This document shows positions 39,564 to 52,747 of a stretch of DNA of 64,000 bases, one piece after another. Made by a program: the position numbers and the translations under genes. The notes under the pieces were generated by a model. That model saw nothing but the letters and a program-made list of their open reading frames with translations, did no database searches and had not been told where the DNA came from. The first letter of the stretch is position 1, and each line of letters starts with the position of its first letter. This DNA is from Octopus vulgaris. Its lineage: Eukaryota. The DNA is taken from assembly GCA_951406725.2 (NCBI GenBank), contig OX597831.1:14632001-14696000 (forward strand). The letters run 5' to 3'.

Positions 39564-39618
<55 letters not shown>

Positions 39619-39666
39619 TACAAAATTCGAGTCAACAACATGTGCAAGACACATATTAGCATCTAT

Positions 39667-39747
<81 letters not shown>

Positions 39748-39769
39748 TAATAATAATAATAATAATAAC

Positions 39770-39853
<84 letters not shown>
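39540..39853. repeat. (ACT)n and long (TAA)n arrays
   Basis: Direct. Confidence 0.95.
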
Positions 39854-40413
39854 TTCGTTATTTGCCAATGAATAATAAGCTTTAATGGTTCGATAATATT
39901 AATGTTTAGTTCTATTTTGGTTATCGCGGCTTTATTATAATTTCTTTTGAAGTGAAAGTAATCGAAAAATTAAAAACGATTTAATAATAGTTTGCCGAAG
40001 GAATTCAAAGAACGAAAGAGGACGAAGAAGTATTCTGCCGTTAAAAACAAAGGCAGCATCGCTTAAATAAATAGAAAGAACAGCATGTCGCCATTATGAA
40101 ATTATCTACGAGAAAGCAGACGCAATATTTAAGAAGAATATAGCAAAATGGCTGAAACAAAATGGCGTCCGGTACTTGTGAAATGCTATAAAATCGAGAT
40201 TATCGTACAGTTTCGTAGCGGCTGTAGTTGCAGGAATGTCAGTCGAAAATTTCAGCAAAAAAAAAAAAAAAAAAACTGTATATAAATATGTCTGTATGTC
40301 GTTATTCAGTTTTATTTAAAAACTTTTTGCCATTAGTGAAAGAACCGGTTTCTAACCCAGATCCAAAGCTCCTTCATTACAACTTCAACATCAACAAGGT
40401 ATTTTTGCATATA

Positions 40414-41322
40414 CGAGGGAGTAACAAAAAGAAACCGGAATTTTGCAATATTATTTTATTCACTTAGATTTACATGTTCTCACTTCTGTCGCCTTCAAAG
40501 AATTCTCCATTCGAAGCAATCTATCGTTCCAGGCGCGTTTTCCTCTGTTCGAAGCAATCCCATAAACCCTTGCGAAATGATACCTTTTAAAGTCTCAATC
40601 GTTTTTTTTTTATTTTGCTCCTCTTCCGCATCTGCAAACCGTTTTCCTTTAAGGAATTTTTTCCTTCAGGGGAACACAAAAAAGTCGCAGCCTCCAAGAC
40701 CAATTTCCAATGGTTCTTTTAGTTCTCTCCAAGCATTCAGTCGTGACTGCTTTTGATCTTCCGAGAGCAAATGACGCACAAATTTTGCTGCAACTCTTGT
40801 CATTCGCAATTCCTCGCTCAAAATCCATTGGCAGGAACTCCAGGACACACCAATCATGTGAACAAATTCATCAATTGTTCAGTGATCGTCCTCCAGTACC
40901 AGTTCAGGAATTTTCGTGATGTTTTCATCAGAACGTGTGGTCGACGGTTGCCCTGAATGAGGTTGGTCTTCAAGCGACAAGTACCATTCCTAAAGCGTGA
41001 AAATCACTCTTAACCTTGTGATTTGCTCATGGTAGCGTCCTTGTAAGCTGTTTGAAGCATGTCAACTTTTTCAGCCGCCGTTTTCTCTAGCAGAAAACAG
41101 AATTCCGCGGAAGCAAGCTGTACCTTCGTTTCAGCCATCGCAAAAATCGACAAACAGTGGAGAAGAATTGCAAAGCAAAGACGGACCCCATGGCAATACA
41201 ACCACACTCGACGACGCCTAACGGCAGACCGATACCTGGGAGTAACTTCTAGCGGTGGAAGCCTGAACTACAACGGGCTTGTCCCACAGAGAACGTTCCC
41301 GGTTACTTTTGGGTTCCCGCCG
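40414..41322 (-). mobile_element. Internally deleted mariner with both TIRs
   Basis: TA|cgagggagtaacaaaaagaaaccgg vs reverse complement cggcgggaacccaaaagtaaccgg|TA; minus-strand FCFLLEKTAAEKVDMLQTAY and LRMTRVAAKFVRHLLSEDQK. Confidence 0.85.
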
Positions 41323-41454
41323 TATCTGTGAATATGAGCTGTGTTTGGAATTAGTGCTTGTGCAGATTTGTATGATGTATGGATTCTCATTCATGTAGTC
41401 GCATGTCTAGACATTCTCAAAAGAAAAGATGCTTATATACTGAAAATAAAATAA

Positions 41455-41920
41455 ATATGAGTATTGAGCCGATGGTGCACAAGAACCAGTTACATCAGTC
41501 TGGACACCTTATTAGAATGAAGGATAGCAAGATCCCTAAACAGATGCTATATGTGGAACTTATAAGTGGAAAGAAACCCCGGCAGAAACCAAGGCTGTGA
41601 TTTAAGGACCGTGTCAAGTCCTCATTAAAGGCCTGTGATATGCAGGAGACTGACTGTGAGAGCAACGCCTGTCATCGCTACAGATGGAGGCTGCAAGTTA
41701 AGGAGAGGTCGACACCTTTGAAAGAGCACTTGTTCTGCATCAAGAATTTAAGCGTGCTGCTCGAAAGCTTGGTCTGCCATGTTTGCAGTCGTGTATGATT
41801 GTGAAGAGCAGGGTTCATTAGCCTCCAGCAGAGCCGCAAATGCAAAATAGTCCTAGAGTGCACAATGTTCCTGATGGTCCGCAATAGTCTTCCTTAGTCA
41901 TGAGGGGACGTCCATCTTGT
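41455..41920 (+). mobile_element. RTE-clade LINE 3' remnant
   Basis: GHLIRMKDSKIPKQMLYVELISGKKPRQKPRL*FKDRVKSSLK; (ATGT/ATGA) tail. Confidence 0.8.
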
Positions 41921-42087
41921 ATGTATGAATGTATGTATGAATGTATGTATGTATGAGTTTTCTTTAGAATGTATTTCAGTTATTTCATTCAGAAGATTAA
42001 AGCTGGCCAGGAATCAAGTGAGAATTTTCTTTGGCCTCAGTTAAGACACAAGAGTTGAGGGTTTGTTATCGTCTGAATCGGTTGAAG

Positions 42088-42142
<55 letters not shown>

Positions 42143-42755
42143 TCTCTCATATATATATTTTCAAGAGAAGTCGCTAGAAGATACATTTGAATTCTTTGTG
42201 GAATAGAGAAATATCAGTTTATCTGGAAAGAAACGATGCAGTTATCAATAAGAAAGGTTGAAATTAATACATGCAAGATGTCATAAGTCTAAAATCTTCC
42301 GTTTATTGTCAGCCTCTGAACGTTTCTGCCCATCGTCTTACAAATATACGACTGGCTTCGACATTTTCCCATCTCTCGAATTCATTTAGAAAGCATTCGT
42401 TCACTCAGAGCTGCAACAGATCTCTGCCCAACATGGTCACGTAGTGCTGGACCTATTAGTTTTAAGTATGTATGTATGTATGTATGTATGTATGTATGTA
42501 TGTATGTATGTATGTATGTATGTATGTATGTATGTATGTATGTATGTATGTATGTATGTATGTATGTATGTATGTATGTATGTATGTATGTATGTCCGTA
42601 CGTTTGTGTGTGTGTATGTGCGTGTATGAAGGTTTGTAGGTAGGCATGAAAGTAGATATGAGTTCATGTATGTTTGAATGCATTTCGATTCTCAATAATT
42701 TTGGCAAGAAATTTGATGTGAAACAGTGTGTGCGAATATGACTACACATCGGGCG

Positions 42756-42830
<75 letters not shown>

Positions 42831-43379
42831 TTGGAAGAGGATATACTTCGGTTTAAGTTTAGTTATGAACTAATTTGTCATAAATATTTCGTTGGGTGAA
42901 GAGAACTGCAACAAGTTCATTTAGTATATTTATTAGTAATATCAACCGTCCAGTGTAGTAGAATACGTCCGTCCGTCCGTCCATCCATCCATCCATACTA
43001 CACACATACATACTTACACAGATCCAAACATACATACACATACTTACACACACAAACACATACACACACACACATATATAAGTAGAGAGAGAGAAAGAGA
43101 GAGAGAGGGGGGAGAAAGAGAGTTATTAAGGAAGTGTTCAGGTGTAAAGAATGAGTCGATTTCTTTCAATGCCAGCACGACGACCGAATTGTAGAGAATG
43201 CAAAAGAACTCTCAGGTGGTCGTAGAGACAGAAAAGATGGAGAGGAAGAAGACGTGGAGGAGTGACTTAATAGTAGTAGTAATAGTGCAAGAAGAAGCGG
43301 AAGATTATGTATTTATGTATGTATGCGCATGTGTGCATGCATATATATGTATATATATATATATATGTGCATGTATATG

Positions 43380-43444
<65 letters not shown>

Positions 43445-43457
43445 ATGTATATGTATG

Positions 43458-43488
<31 letters not shown>

Positions 43489-43750
43489 GTCTATCTATCT
43501 ATCTAACTGTCCGTCTGTGTGTGTGTGTCTGTCTGTCTATCTATCTATCTATCTATTTATCTACACACACACACACACACACACATGTGTATACGTATTG
43601 ATGTATTTTAAAATTACAATTATTATTGTTGTTGTTGTTGTTATTGTTGTATTCGTTATATGCGCTGTATATGTATATATGTATGTGTATATATAAATAT
43701 GTGTGTGTGTGTATATATACATACACACACATATGTATATATGTATGTAT

Positions 43751-43781
<31 letters not shown>

Positions 43782-44509
43782 AAGGATTAGAGAATGTATT
43801 CGAAATACACTTTCGCTTAGAATGGTTTCAACAGGTAAGTGCAAACAAGTGGAGCGGTTAAGGCCCTCCCATTGCGTTACCTGTGTGATGTGGCTTCTAC
43901 TTAAAGATTGCTATCGATTACAGGTGCATTAGTACATAAGAATCAATAATATATATTTCGTAAAACTGAATCTAGATTTCCCTCATCATCATTTAAGCAA
44001 AGCGTGCAAAAATACTGGAAAGCGATGGGGATGACAATGGGCTCGCCATCGTACCCTGTATTTGCTAAAAGCTACGTAAGGGAATTTTAAATAAAGGGAC
44101 TTACAAGAAATACATTCTATTGGGGATATATCGGTGTTAACTACTTAATATTTAATAGTGCTTCATCGTTTGAATGCATTGTGAAGGTTTCTCACTCTGG
44201 AAGAATATTTAATTGCTAGAAATATCGTCTCACTGTAGTGAATGGATGTAGGTGTTCAATCCTAGATCAAACCAGTTCAAACAAATCTCTGATAAAAAAA
44301 AACGTTCTAAGCACAACCTTGCTGTATTTATACCTATTAAACAGGCACAACGAATAAAAACTTCTTATTTGTACAACACACTGAATGGTATAAATTGCTC
44401 GTTTCTCCCTTGTTCCAACTATTAGAAGGGAAAGATTCATTTGGTCAGACGCTTTTTTTAGCAAATATAAGCTAAATGGAATGAGGTGTATCATATCTCT
44501 TTCTCTCTT

Positions 44510-44913
44510 TTCTCTTTTATTTGTTTCAGTCATTTGACTGCGGCCATTCTGGAGCACCGCCTTCTAGTCGAGTAAATCGACCCCAGGACTTTTTTCTTTG
44601 TAAGCCTATTACTTATTCTATCAGTCTCTTTTGCTGAACCGCTAAGTTACGGGGACGTAAACACACCAGCATCGGTTGTCAAGCGATGTTGGGAGGACAA
44701 ACAGAGACACACAAACACACACACATATATATATATATATACATATATACGACAGGCTTCTTTCAGTTTCCGTCTACCAAATCCACTCACAAGACTTTGG
44801 TCGGCTCGAGGCTATAGTAGAAGACACCTGCCCAAGATGCCACGCAGTGGGACTGAACCCGGAACCATGTGGTTGGTAAGCAAGCTACTTACCACACAGC
44901 TACTCCTGCGCCT
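44510..44913 (-). mobile_element. SINE A
   Basis: Full-length reverse copy. Confidence 0.85.
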
Positions 44914-45072
44914 ATATAATCGTAATACATTTATCTAAGTCAATTTGCTTCACTAGTTTTAACTATAAAATGTTTCATATTCGTATAGAGAATTTGCCAT
45001 TTCGATTTAAATGAATTCCTTCATAATGAAGTAATTAATTACGTTATTCACATTACAGAAGAAGAAACACTT

Positions 45073-45123
<51 letters not shown>

Positions 45124-45426
45124 AGTAGGGCGAGAAATAGAGATGTACAGTAAAAGCCTTTCTCATTTCTCTAGGGGGAAGTTATTAACAATTTCTTCCC
45201 CAATCTGTTAATAACAAAACATAAACGTAATGAGCTGATATCTAAAACCTGAGTTGATGAGTTATAAAACTTCGGTCTTTATTAAAACGAATGACCGGCA
45301 GGAAAATAAACAGCGACACTTGCTTTGTGAGCAGATAATAGCAAAGCCAACTGATGTTATATGCTAGGACATTCTTAATTAATTAATATCTTTGGTTTAT
45401 TAGGCGGGGGATTGGCTGTGTGAATA

Positions 45427-45969
45427 GGCGCAGGAGTGGCTGTGTGGTAAGTAGCTCGCTTACCGGGAAGAGTATAGCTATCAGCTGAGTTCATCATCGA
45501 GATTGTGCCGCCTCCTTCCCTTAGCGGGGAGAGGAAGGCCGTTTTTTCTGCGTGGTGACCATATTGAAAGAAACAGTATGGAAGACGCGGTTGAAAGGGA
45601 TTGTGACGGGTACCTTCGTATCTGGCCAGGGGTTAGTCAACTTTTTTAGTTACCACCTCAGCAGTAAGATCAGGCTGGAAAAGAGGTACCTGTCACGTGA
45701 AAAATTCAGAAAAAGATGGAAGCTTATGGGGAGAAAGCTGGGAGTAACTGGCATCAAGTGAGCGGAGCCACGAAAAGAAAGCAAAGGTCCTACTCTGTGT
45801 ATTGCCTTGTGGCAAATATTATGAAATAATGTAGCTCGCTTACCAGCCATATGGTTCCGGGTTCAGTCCCACTGCGTGTCACCTTGAGCATGTATCTTTT
45901 ACTATAGCCTTAAGCCAACCAAAGCCATGTGAATGGATTTGGTAGACAGAAACTGAAAGATGCCCGTCA

Positions 45970-46048
<79 letters not shown>

Positions 46049-46265
46049 GTATATATGTGTGTGTTTGTATGTCAGTGTTTGTCTCCCACATCATCGCTTG
46101 ACAACCGATGTTGGTGTGTTTACGTCCCCGTAACGTAGCGGTTTGGCAAAAAAGACTAGTAGAATAAGTATTAGGCTTACAAAGAATAGGATTTGTTCGA
46201 CTAAAAGGCGGTGCTCCAGCATGGCTGCAGCTAAATGACCGAAACAAATAAAAGAATAAAAGAAT
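45427..46265 (+). mobile_element. SINE A interrupted by a LINE 3' fragment
   Basis: Head at 45427-45464 resumes at 45831. Confidence 0.85.
45465..45830 (+). mobile_element. L1/Tx1-like LINE 3' end inserted in a SINE head, 14-bp TSD
   Basis: gtagctcgcttacc at 45451-45464 and 45831-45844; translation ETVWKTRLKG...FFSYHLSSKIRLEK...FRKRW. Clade assignment is an inference. Confidence 0.75.
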
Positions 46266-46587
46266 TATGAATTCTCGCATCCTATTTGCCATTGTACTTA
46301 CTGTCCGCCTCTAAATTGGCCGGCAAGGAACCAGGAATTAGTAGAAAGAAAGCTAAATCAGAATTTATTTAAAATGAATCGCACAAAAATCTATGAACTG
46401 CATTTTGCAACTATAAGATCCCAACGTCGTTCGATCCCACTGCATGGCAGGCTGGCAAAGTTTCATTTATCAACGGTTCGTGTCGACTCAAGGTAAACCG
46501 AGCGCTAGATTACATCATAATACATTAAAAAATTCCACTTAATTGCAATTTCCTGGAATGTATTAATAATAGTATGAATAATTCAAT

Positions 46588-46823
46588 AGCGGCGAACTTG
46601 CAGAATCGTTTGCCCGACGGGAGAAATGCTTAGTGGTATTTCATCTGCCGTTATGTTCTGAGTTCAAATTCCGCCGAGGTCGACTTTGCTTTTCATCCTT
46701 TTGGGGTCGATTAAATAAGTGCCAGTTACGCACTGGGGTCGATGTAATCGACTTAATCCGTTTGTCTGTCCTTGTTTGTCCTCTCTGTGTTTAGCCTCTT
46801 GTGGGTGATAAGGAAATAGGTAT
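46588..46823 (+). mobile_element. SINE B
   Basis: Full-length forward copy. Confidence 0.85.
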
Positions 46824-47432
46824 CAATAATTCAATGGGGGTCATATTGCCTCACTCACTGTAGCATAATTATTCTGTTTGAGGGTTTATGTGAAGGTTAC
46901 ATGTTACTGCGGAGTACTCAAGCATTCACGCAGTAAACCATTGACCATTATATTCAGCTTATCGAACAATTCAGCACTCGTCGTAGAAACCGAGGGAGAT
47001 CCATTTTAATATTTAAATGCGCCATTTTTAAACGATAACAAAAATACAAATGTCCGTTTTCTGGAATACAAATGCCCCCTTATATTCTCTGCCTCATAAA
47101 CGTCTGTAATAAACTTCACATCAATTGATAATGAATTTACTGGTAACCGCTAGATGGCACTTGAACTGTTCAAATCAGTTTTCAAGTTTTCCTTGAAACA
47201 CTGTCTTCTATGTTAAAAATGGCAGCCAATTGGTTAAGGGAGGTTTGATGGGTAGAAATTGTGAGGGCGTCGATCGAATGCTTCCTGGCGAATGTTCTGG
47301 TATTTTGCATTCCGGGAGAATGAAAATGCTGCCGAGGTAAACCTTGTCTTTTATTTATCCATCTTCTGCGTTTGATATAAAAAGGTACCAGTAAAGAATT
47401 GGAAGTAGATACACTCTCATTCTTTCATTCAT

Positions 47433-47520
<88 letters not shown>

Positions 47521-47634
47521 AATCGGTAAACCACCGCCTGTTTCTTGTCATTCAAGTAAGGATGACAGTTGTTACCAAGCTCAAGCAAAAGAAGGGGATT
47601 GAGCCAGGAGCAACAAACATTTCTAATAGTAGTA

Positions 47635-47695
<61 letters not shown>

Positions 47696-47939
47696 CAGTA
47701 GAAGTAGCAGCAGTAATAGTAGTAGTAGTAATGATGCCGATGAATGACATTACTCGCCAAAGTGGGTAGGGGGGCTCCAACACACTGAGAACAATATCAA
47801 AGTAGAAATACAACACAGAGTGAGTGGAGCTTGCACAGATCTAAAGTGTATAAAGAGAGGATATAACAAAAAAGAAAAACAAAAACAGAATTCAGATAAT
47901 AATGAAATTAATTATTTAATTAATGAAATCTGCATTGAT

Positions 47940-48195
47940 GGAGCGGTCTGTCTAAGGTAATACGGAGGAGACCACCACACACAAAAAAAACTTCTGTCTC
48001 CAATGCATGGGATGTGCCTTATTCCAGTTTTTCTTCTGCTTAGACAAGGATTTCAAAGTCGATCCATTCAGCCTCACCAGTCTTGCCACTCTCATCCACT
48101 TTTCGATAAACACATCATCCTCATCTTCCTCTTCAAATGATACTTGAAAAGGTGGACGAGATTTTGGCCAGAGAGGAACGTGCTTGTCTTGAAAC
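47940..48195 (-). mobile_element. L1/Tx1-like LINE 3' end, third copy
   Basis: GQNLVHLFKYHLKRKMRM and FIEKWMRVARLVRLNG align with the copies at 45465 and 60731. Confidence 0.55.
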
Positions 48196-48199
48196 GTTT

Positions 48200-48839
48200 C
48201 AGAAAAGGATGGCTCGTCCGAGAAACTAGCATTCTTCCACTGCTCTAGGGACCAATTCTGTAGGTTTTTACTCCACACTAAGCGCTTCAAACCTTTATTA
48301 TTGAAACTAGTAGTTTTCTGATTGCAGCCCTCCCATGAAATCCAGCTTTGCGCAGCTCCCGGCGTACAGGTTTTGCGGAAACTGGGTTCTCAAGGTGGTC
48401 ATAAAGCTCTGCAGTAATTTTGGGAGCTGTACTTTGGGATCCTTTCTAACAATTAGCGTAAGAGTTCGACGGTCCTTATCTGAAAGTTTTGGCTTTCTTC
48501 TGGGGTTTTGTTTCAACGAGGAGGTTTTTACCTATTTCTCAAAGTTTGTCATTACTTTTGAGACAGTACTTCTTGACAAACCAAACATTCGGCTGTTCTC
48601 GTTACGCTAGCGCCTGCCATACGAGCACCAACAATTTGACCTCTTTGAAAGTCCTCAGATCTGTTATTTTTAAACAATTTTCATTACCTTTTTCTGAGGA
48701 TATCTGAACACAAACAGCAATTTTAGCAAAACATATTAAGCAACACTAATTATAAATGGAAAAAAAAAAAAAACTTTTGACGGTTTTATAGATATTTCAA
48801 AATTATGATGCAATGTGCTTCCATGATTTTGTTCAATCC

Positions 48840-48842
<3 letters not shown>
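48200..48842 (-). mobile_element. Tc1-like transposon 5' half
   Basis: TA|cagggattgaacaaaatcatggaa terminus; RKPKLSDKDRRTLTLIVRKDP and KRLVWSKNLQNWSLEQWKNASFSDEPSF. Confidence 0.8.
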
Positions 48843-48926
<84 letters not shown>

Positions 48927-49061
48927 TATATATATATATCGAGAGAAATAGATAGAGAGAGAGAGAGGGCGGGAGAGAGAGAAAGAAAGAGAGACACACG
49001 TAGATTGTTGACGGTCGATAATTTAGATGATAAAAAAGACATAATTTAGATGACAAAAAAG

Positions 49062-49150
49062 AAATATATGATGCAGGGGAAATAACTCTCCCATCCTAAT
49101 ATTTGTTAATATATTAGGATGGGAGAGTTATTTCTCCTGTATTATATTTT
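49062..49150. repeat. Hairpin of about 40 bp with 8-nt loop
   Basis: gaaataactctcccatcctaatat (49079-49102) pairs perfectly with 49111-49134 and extends with G-U pairs. Confidence 0.9.
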
Positions 49151-49654
49151 TTCTTTCTACCGTACTTTAATGGAGCAATGTCTTAGTTATGTCCCCTGTC
49201 AATCTCCCGGCTTCGAATCCATGATGTGGGTTTAGTATGCACAGATTACAACCGTTGTGCTTGCTTTATGCGAGTCTATGACACTAATGATGAACGTATA
49301 CTAACATACGTGTACTTTAACATGAATGTGTAAAACTATGTTACGTAGATGCTTGCATTCAGACACACACAAATATATTGTTGAAATTTCAATGAAGGAG
49401 TTTGCAATCTAGCTTTGAAACCGGCTCGTTCTCTACTGGTAAGAATTCTTGAAATAAAACTGAATAATGACATACACACATACATACATCCATCCATCCA
49501 TCCTTTCATACATACACGCATGCACACATACACATCCATCCATCCATCCATTCATCCATCCATCCATACATACATACGTATACACATACATACATACATA
49601 CATACATACATACATACATACATACGTATACACATACATACGTATACACATACA

Positions 49655-50390
49655 AGGTAATTGCCTCATCTTTAGAGATGATTGCCATGTCCCTGTGCTT
49701 CCTTTTTGTCAATAGAATTTCTGAACTTCCACTCATGACTTCTCATTTTACTATTAAATCCTACTACAGATTTGTATGGTTTGAACGGTGGGTGAGAGAC
49801 GAAAGATGTAACATGCACTGGAATGATCGCATCACTCTGAGATCGGATCTCCGTCTGATACACCTCGAAATCCACTTGAACGCCCTTTCACATACCACCC
49901 ACGTTGAGTCACTTGGCTTAAATGGAAGGACATTGCATGCATTTTATACTTCGTGGGATTTCAGGCTTTTGACCTCCCATCTTTGGAGATAGACTACACG
50001 TCCACAAATTCTACACCACCGGCAGTTTATGCTCTTATAGAGGTTCTGAATACAGCCACATGGAATCCAACTTTTTAGACGTTCTTGCTGTAGATAACTT
50101 TCTTGAAATATTTATCATAACCTTCAAATATATGCTTCCTCCATTCAACCCTTCCGAAAGCTAATTCTTCCCACTTTTATATATCAAGTTACAGTTCCTT
50201 CAGGTTGCCTTTTTTGTGGCTTATACTGGAGACACATTCCAGCTGCTTTGGCATTCTATTATCTCCCATAACGCATAATATGACCTTCCCAACACAACTC
50301 TGTAGATATTATGCATCCACCCTTTGAAAGGTCTCCATCCATTGCACCGATGAATCAGTAAGTGATTGACCTCTGATGACAGTTCATAAC
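49655..50390 (-). mobile_element. Decayed RTE-clade LINE 3' remnant
   Basis: Frameshifted LCWEGHIMR/MGDNRMPKQL...KWEELAFGRVEWRKHI; ends in a (GTAT)n array. Confidence 0.6.
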
Positions 50391-50455
50391 CGGGTTCCCT
50401 CTCCCTTGCCTCTCTCTTTCCCTCTCTCCTTCTTTCTCTCCCTCTCCGCTCTTTT

Positions 50456-50492
<37 letters not shown>

Positions 50493-51399
50493 TCAACTCT
50501 GCCCATATCCAACTCAAATTCCGCATTAACCACAATAGACAGCTCTTACTTTCCAGAATATCAAATCTCTTGAATTCTCTCCTTACTCTTCCCTCTCCCA
50601 TAAACCCTGTTCTGCAACAGTTTAATCGGACCATTAATGCCATCAGAGTTACCTTTTTGGCTAAATGGTGCGGGGGGAGTAAGTACCAAACTTTTCGCCA
50701 GGTTTAACTCCCTGGGATGAATACGATGCAAAAATAAGAAAAGAACCGAAAAATCCTTAGCAATTCTTATTTCAGATTTCCAAAATGGTTTCAGCTTCTT
50801 TGTATCATTAAGAAAAAATATTCTTGGACACATTTTCAAGTTTATTGCAACTATAATTTTAAAATTCTTTCACTTGTTCTTGTACTGATAGTAGGACGAA
50901 ATGAAGCCAGATCAAAGCACAATAAAAAAAAAACTTCCAGTCCATTAGAACTAATAATCTATCGTCTGGAAGTCCAATACTATAAGAACTCTACTAAAGA
51001 TCATCTAATTAAACATCGCATAAAAGTGTAAATAAATTCTATGTCGCTATATATGCTATTAATTAGATCAGCCACGAATTCCTATGCCTTGGGGTAGCTA
51101 TTTAAAATATAACTTTCTCGAGGGTATTAACAGAAAGCAAATAGTAAATTGATCATTCCTGTTTTTGGCAAAATTATTAATGACGTAAGTATTGAAACAC
51201 CAGTTTGGCACCTAATCAATGTAAACTCCTGTAACCGTAATGTTATATATTGTTTGTTTCTTAGACAAAGGACCAGCAAATCTGATGAATATTCAATAGC
51301 ATCTTAGCCTCTTTGACTGGCACATCATTTTATCGACTGCGGTGGGATGAACGGCTAAGTTGACCTTGGCAGGACTAGAACTCAGAATGTATGTATGTA

Positions 51400-51625
51400 T
51401 TCTTTTATTCGTTTACTCTTTTCAGTTATTTGACAGCGGACAAGCTGGAGCACCGCCTTTAATCGAGCAAATCGATTCCAGGACTTATTCTTTGCAAGCT
51501 TAGTACTTGTTCTATCGGTCTTTTTTGCTGAACCACTAAGTTATAGAGACATAAACACACCAGCCTCGATTGTGAAGCGATGTTCGGGAGGGGGGGCAGG
51601 GCAGCAAGCACAGACAAACAGACAT
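51400..51625 (-). mobile_element. SINE A 3' half
   Basis: ctggagcaccgcc...tagtacttgttctatcggtc. Confidence 0.75.
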
Positions 51626-51652
51626 GTGCATACACGCGCGCTCGCACCCCTA

Positions 51653-51732
<80 letters not shown>

Positions 51733-51760
51733 CGTGTTCTCAAATTTAAAATCCTGAAAT

Positions 51761-51845
51761 ACTGTGCTGAGGAGGAAAATGATTAGAATGGAAAGGTAAT
51801 TCTTACATTTTTCCTATCTTTCTAATTCCGAAACGCGTCCACTGT
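51761..51845 (+). ncRNA. Type-I hammerhead ribozyme, GUC cleavage site, extended stem II
   Basis: ACUGUG-CUGAGGA-GGAA...UUCC-GAA-ACGCGU-C-CACUGU; stem I 5 of 6 bp; stem II extended by AUUAGAA/UUCUAAU, GGAAA/UUUCC and GUAA/UUAC. Confidence 0.8.
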
Positions 51846-52072
51846 TAATCAAATGCCGAGTGAATTTTGCTGTTTTTCCTCTCTACCTACGTGAATTGTT
51901 TTTGAGTATATATTGTCTGGGAGTCGTTTCTTACAGTAGAAGAAATAGCTAGGTTCTTTGGTTTCTATTTCTAAAGTTCGGTATATGGTTAAGCAATTTT
52001 TTTTGCCAAACACTAATTATAATTATATTCATAATTATAAATAATACTATATATATATATATATATGTATAT

Positions 52073-52682
52073 ATAATTTACAAGATAAGGGCAGAAGAAA
52101 AATTCTAATGCCAAATATGCCGAAACAAAAAATTGTTGATAACCATTATAATTTATGCGTCTCGAAATAAACCGATAAAAATCTCTAAAAAATTCGTTAT
52201 TACCGTATTGGTCCAATTTCGGGGTTAATTCATAAGACATTTTCCCCTCCTCAGCGGCAAATACGCGAGATATAAATGAAATACTTACTCATACCCATGG
52301 AAAGAGCAAGCACTAAGTCCCGAGCAGACTTAAGTACCCCACATATATCCAAACTAGAAAAATCTTCAGCACACATCGAGACACATGTGATTCGAACTAG
52401 AAACTTTCACGGAGTGATAGAATCCGGAAGCGAACACTAATCTATTTATAATTAATATAGGATAAATTTTTTTTCTGGAAAAATTTTTTATCAGTGGCCA
52501 GCATATCAAAAAATGCCTTTAAAGGTAAAATTTATACATAATTTACAAGATAAGGCCAGAAGAAAAATTCTAATGCCAAATATGCCGAAACAAAAAATTG
52601 TTGATAACCATTATAATTTATGCGTCTCATGCTGGCCATTGATAAAATTTTTTCCCGAAAAAAAATTTTATCCTATATTAAT

Positions 52683-52690
<8 letters not shown>
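52073..52690. repeat. Compound direct (about 90 bp: 52073-52163 / 52538-52628) and inverted (about 58 bp: 52447-52504 / 52629-52688) repeats around a hammerhead
   Basis: Direct text comparison. Confidence 0.85.
52202..52258 (-). ncRNA. Type-I hammerhead ribozyme, AUA cleavage site
   Basis: Minus strand reads GCCG-CUGAGGA-GGGG...CCCC-GAA-AUUGG a CCAAU-A-CGGU. All core nucleotides and stems are intact. Confidence 0.8.

Positions 52691-52745
<55 letters not shown>

Positions 52746-52747
<2 letters not shown>

Noticed and set aside
50500-50840. Further L1/Tx1-like remnant (LVLTPPAPFSQKG)
   Set aside because: Similarity to the 60731 copy is too short to support by eye.
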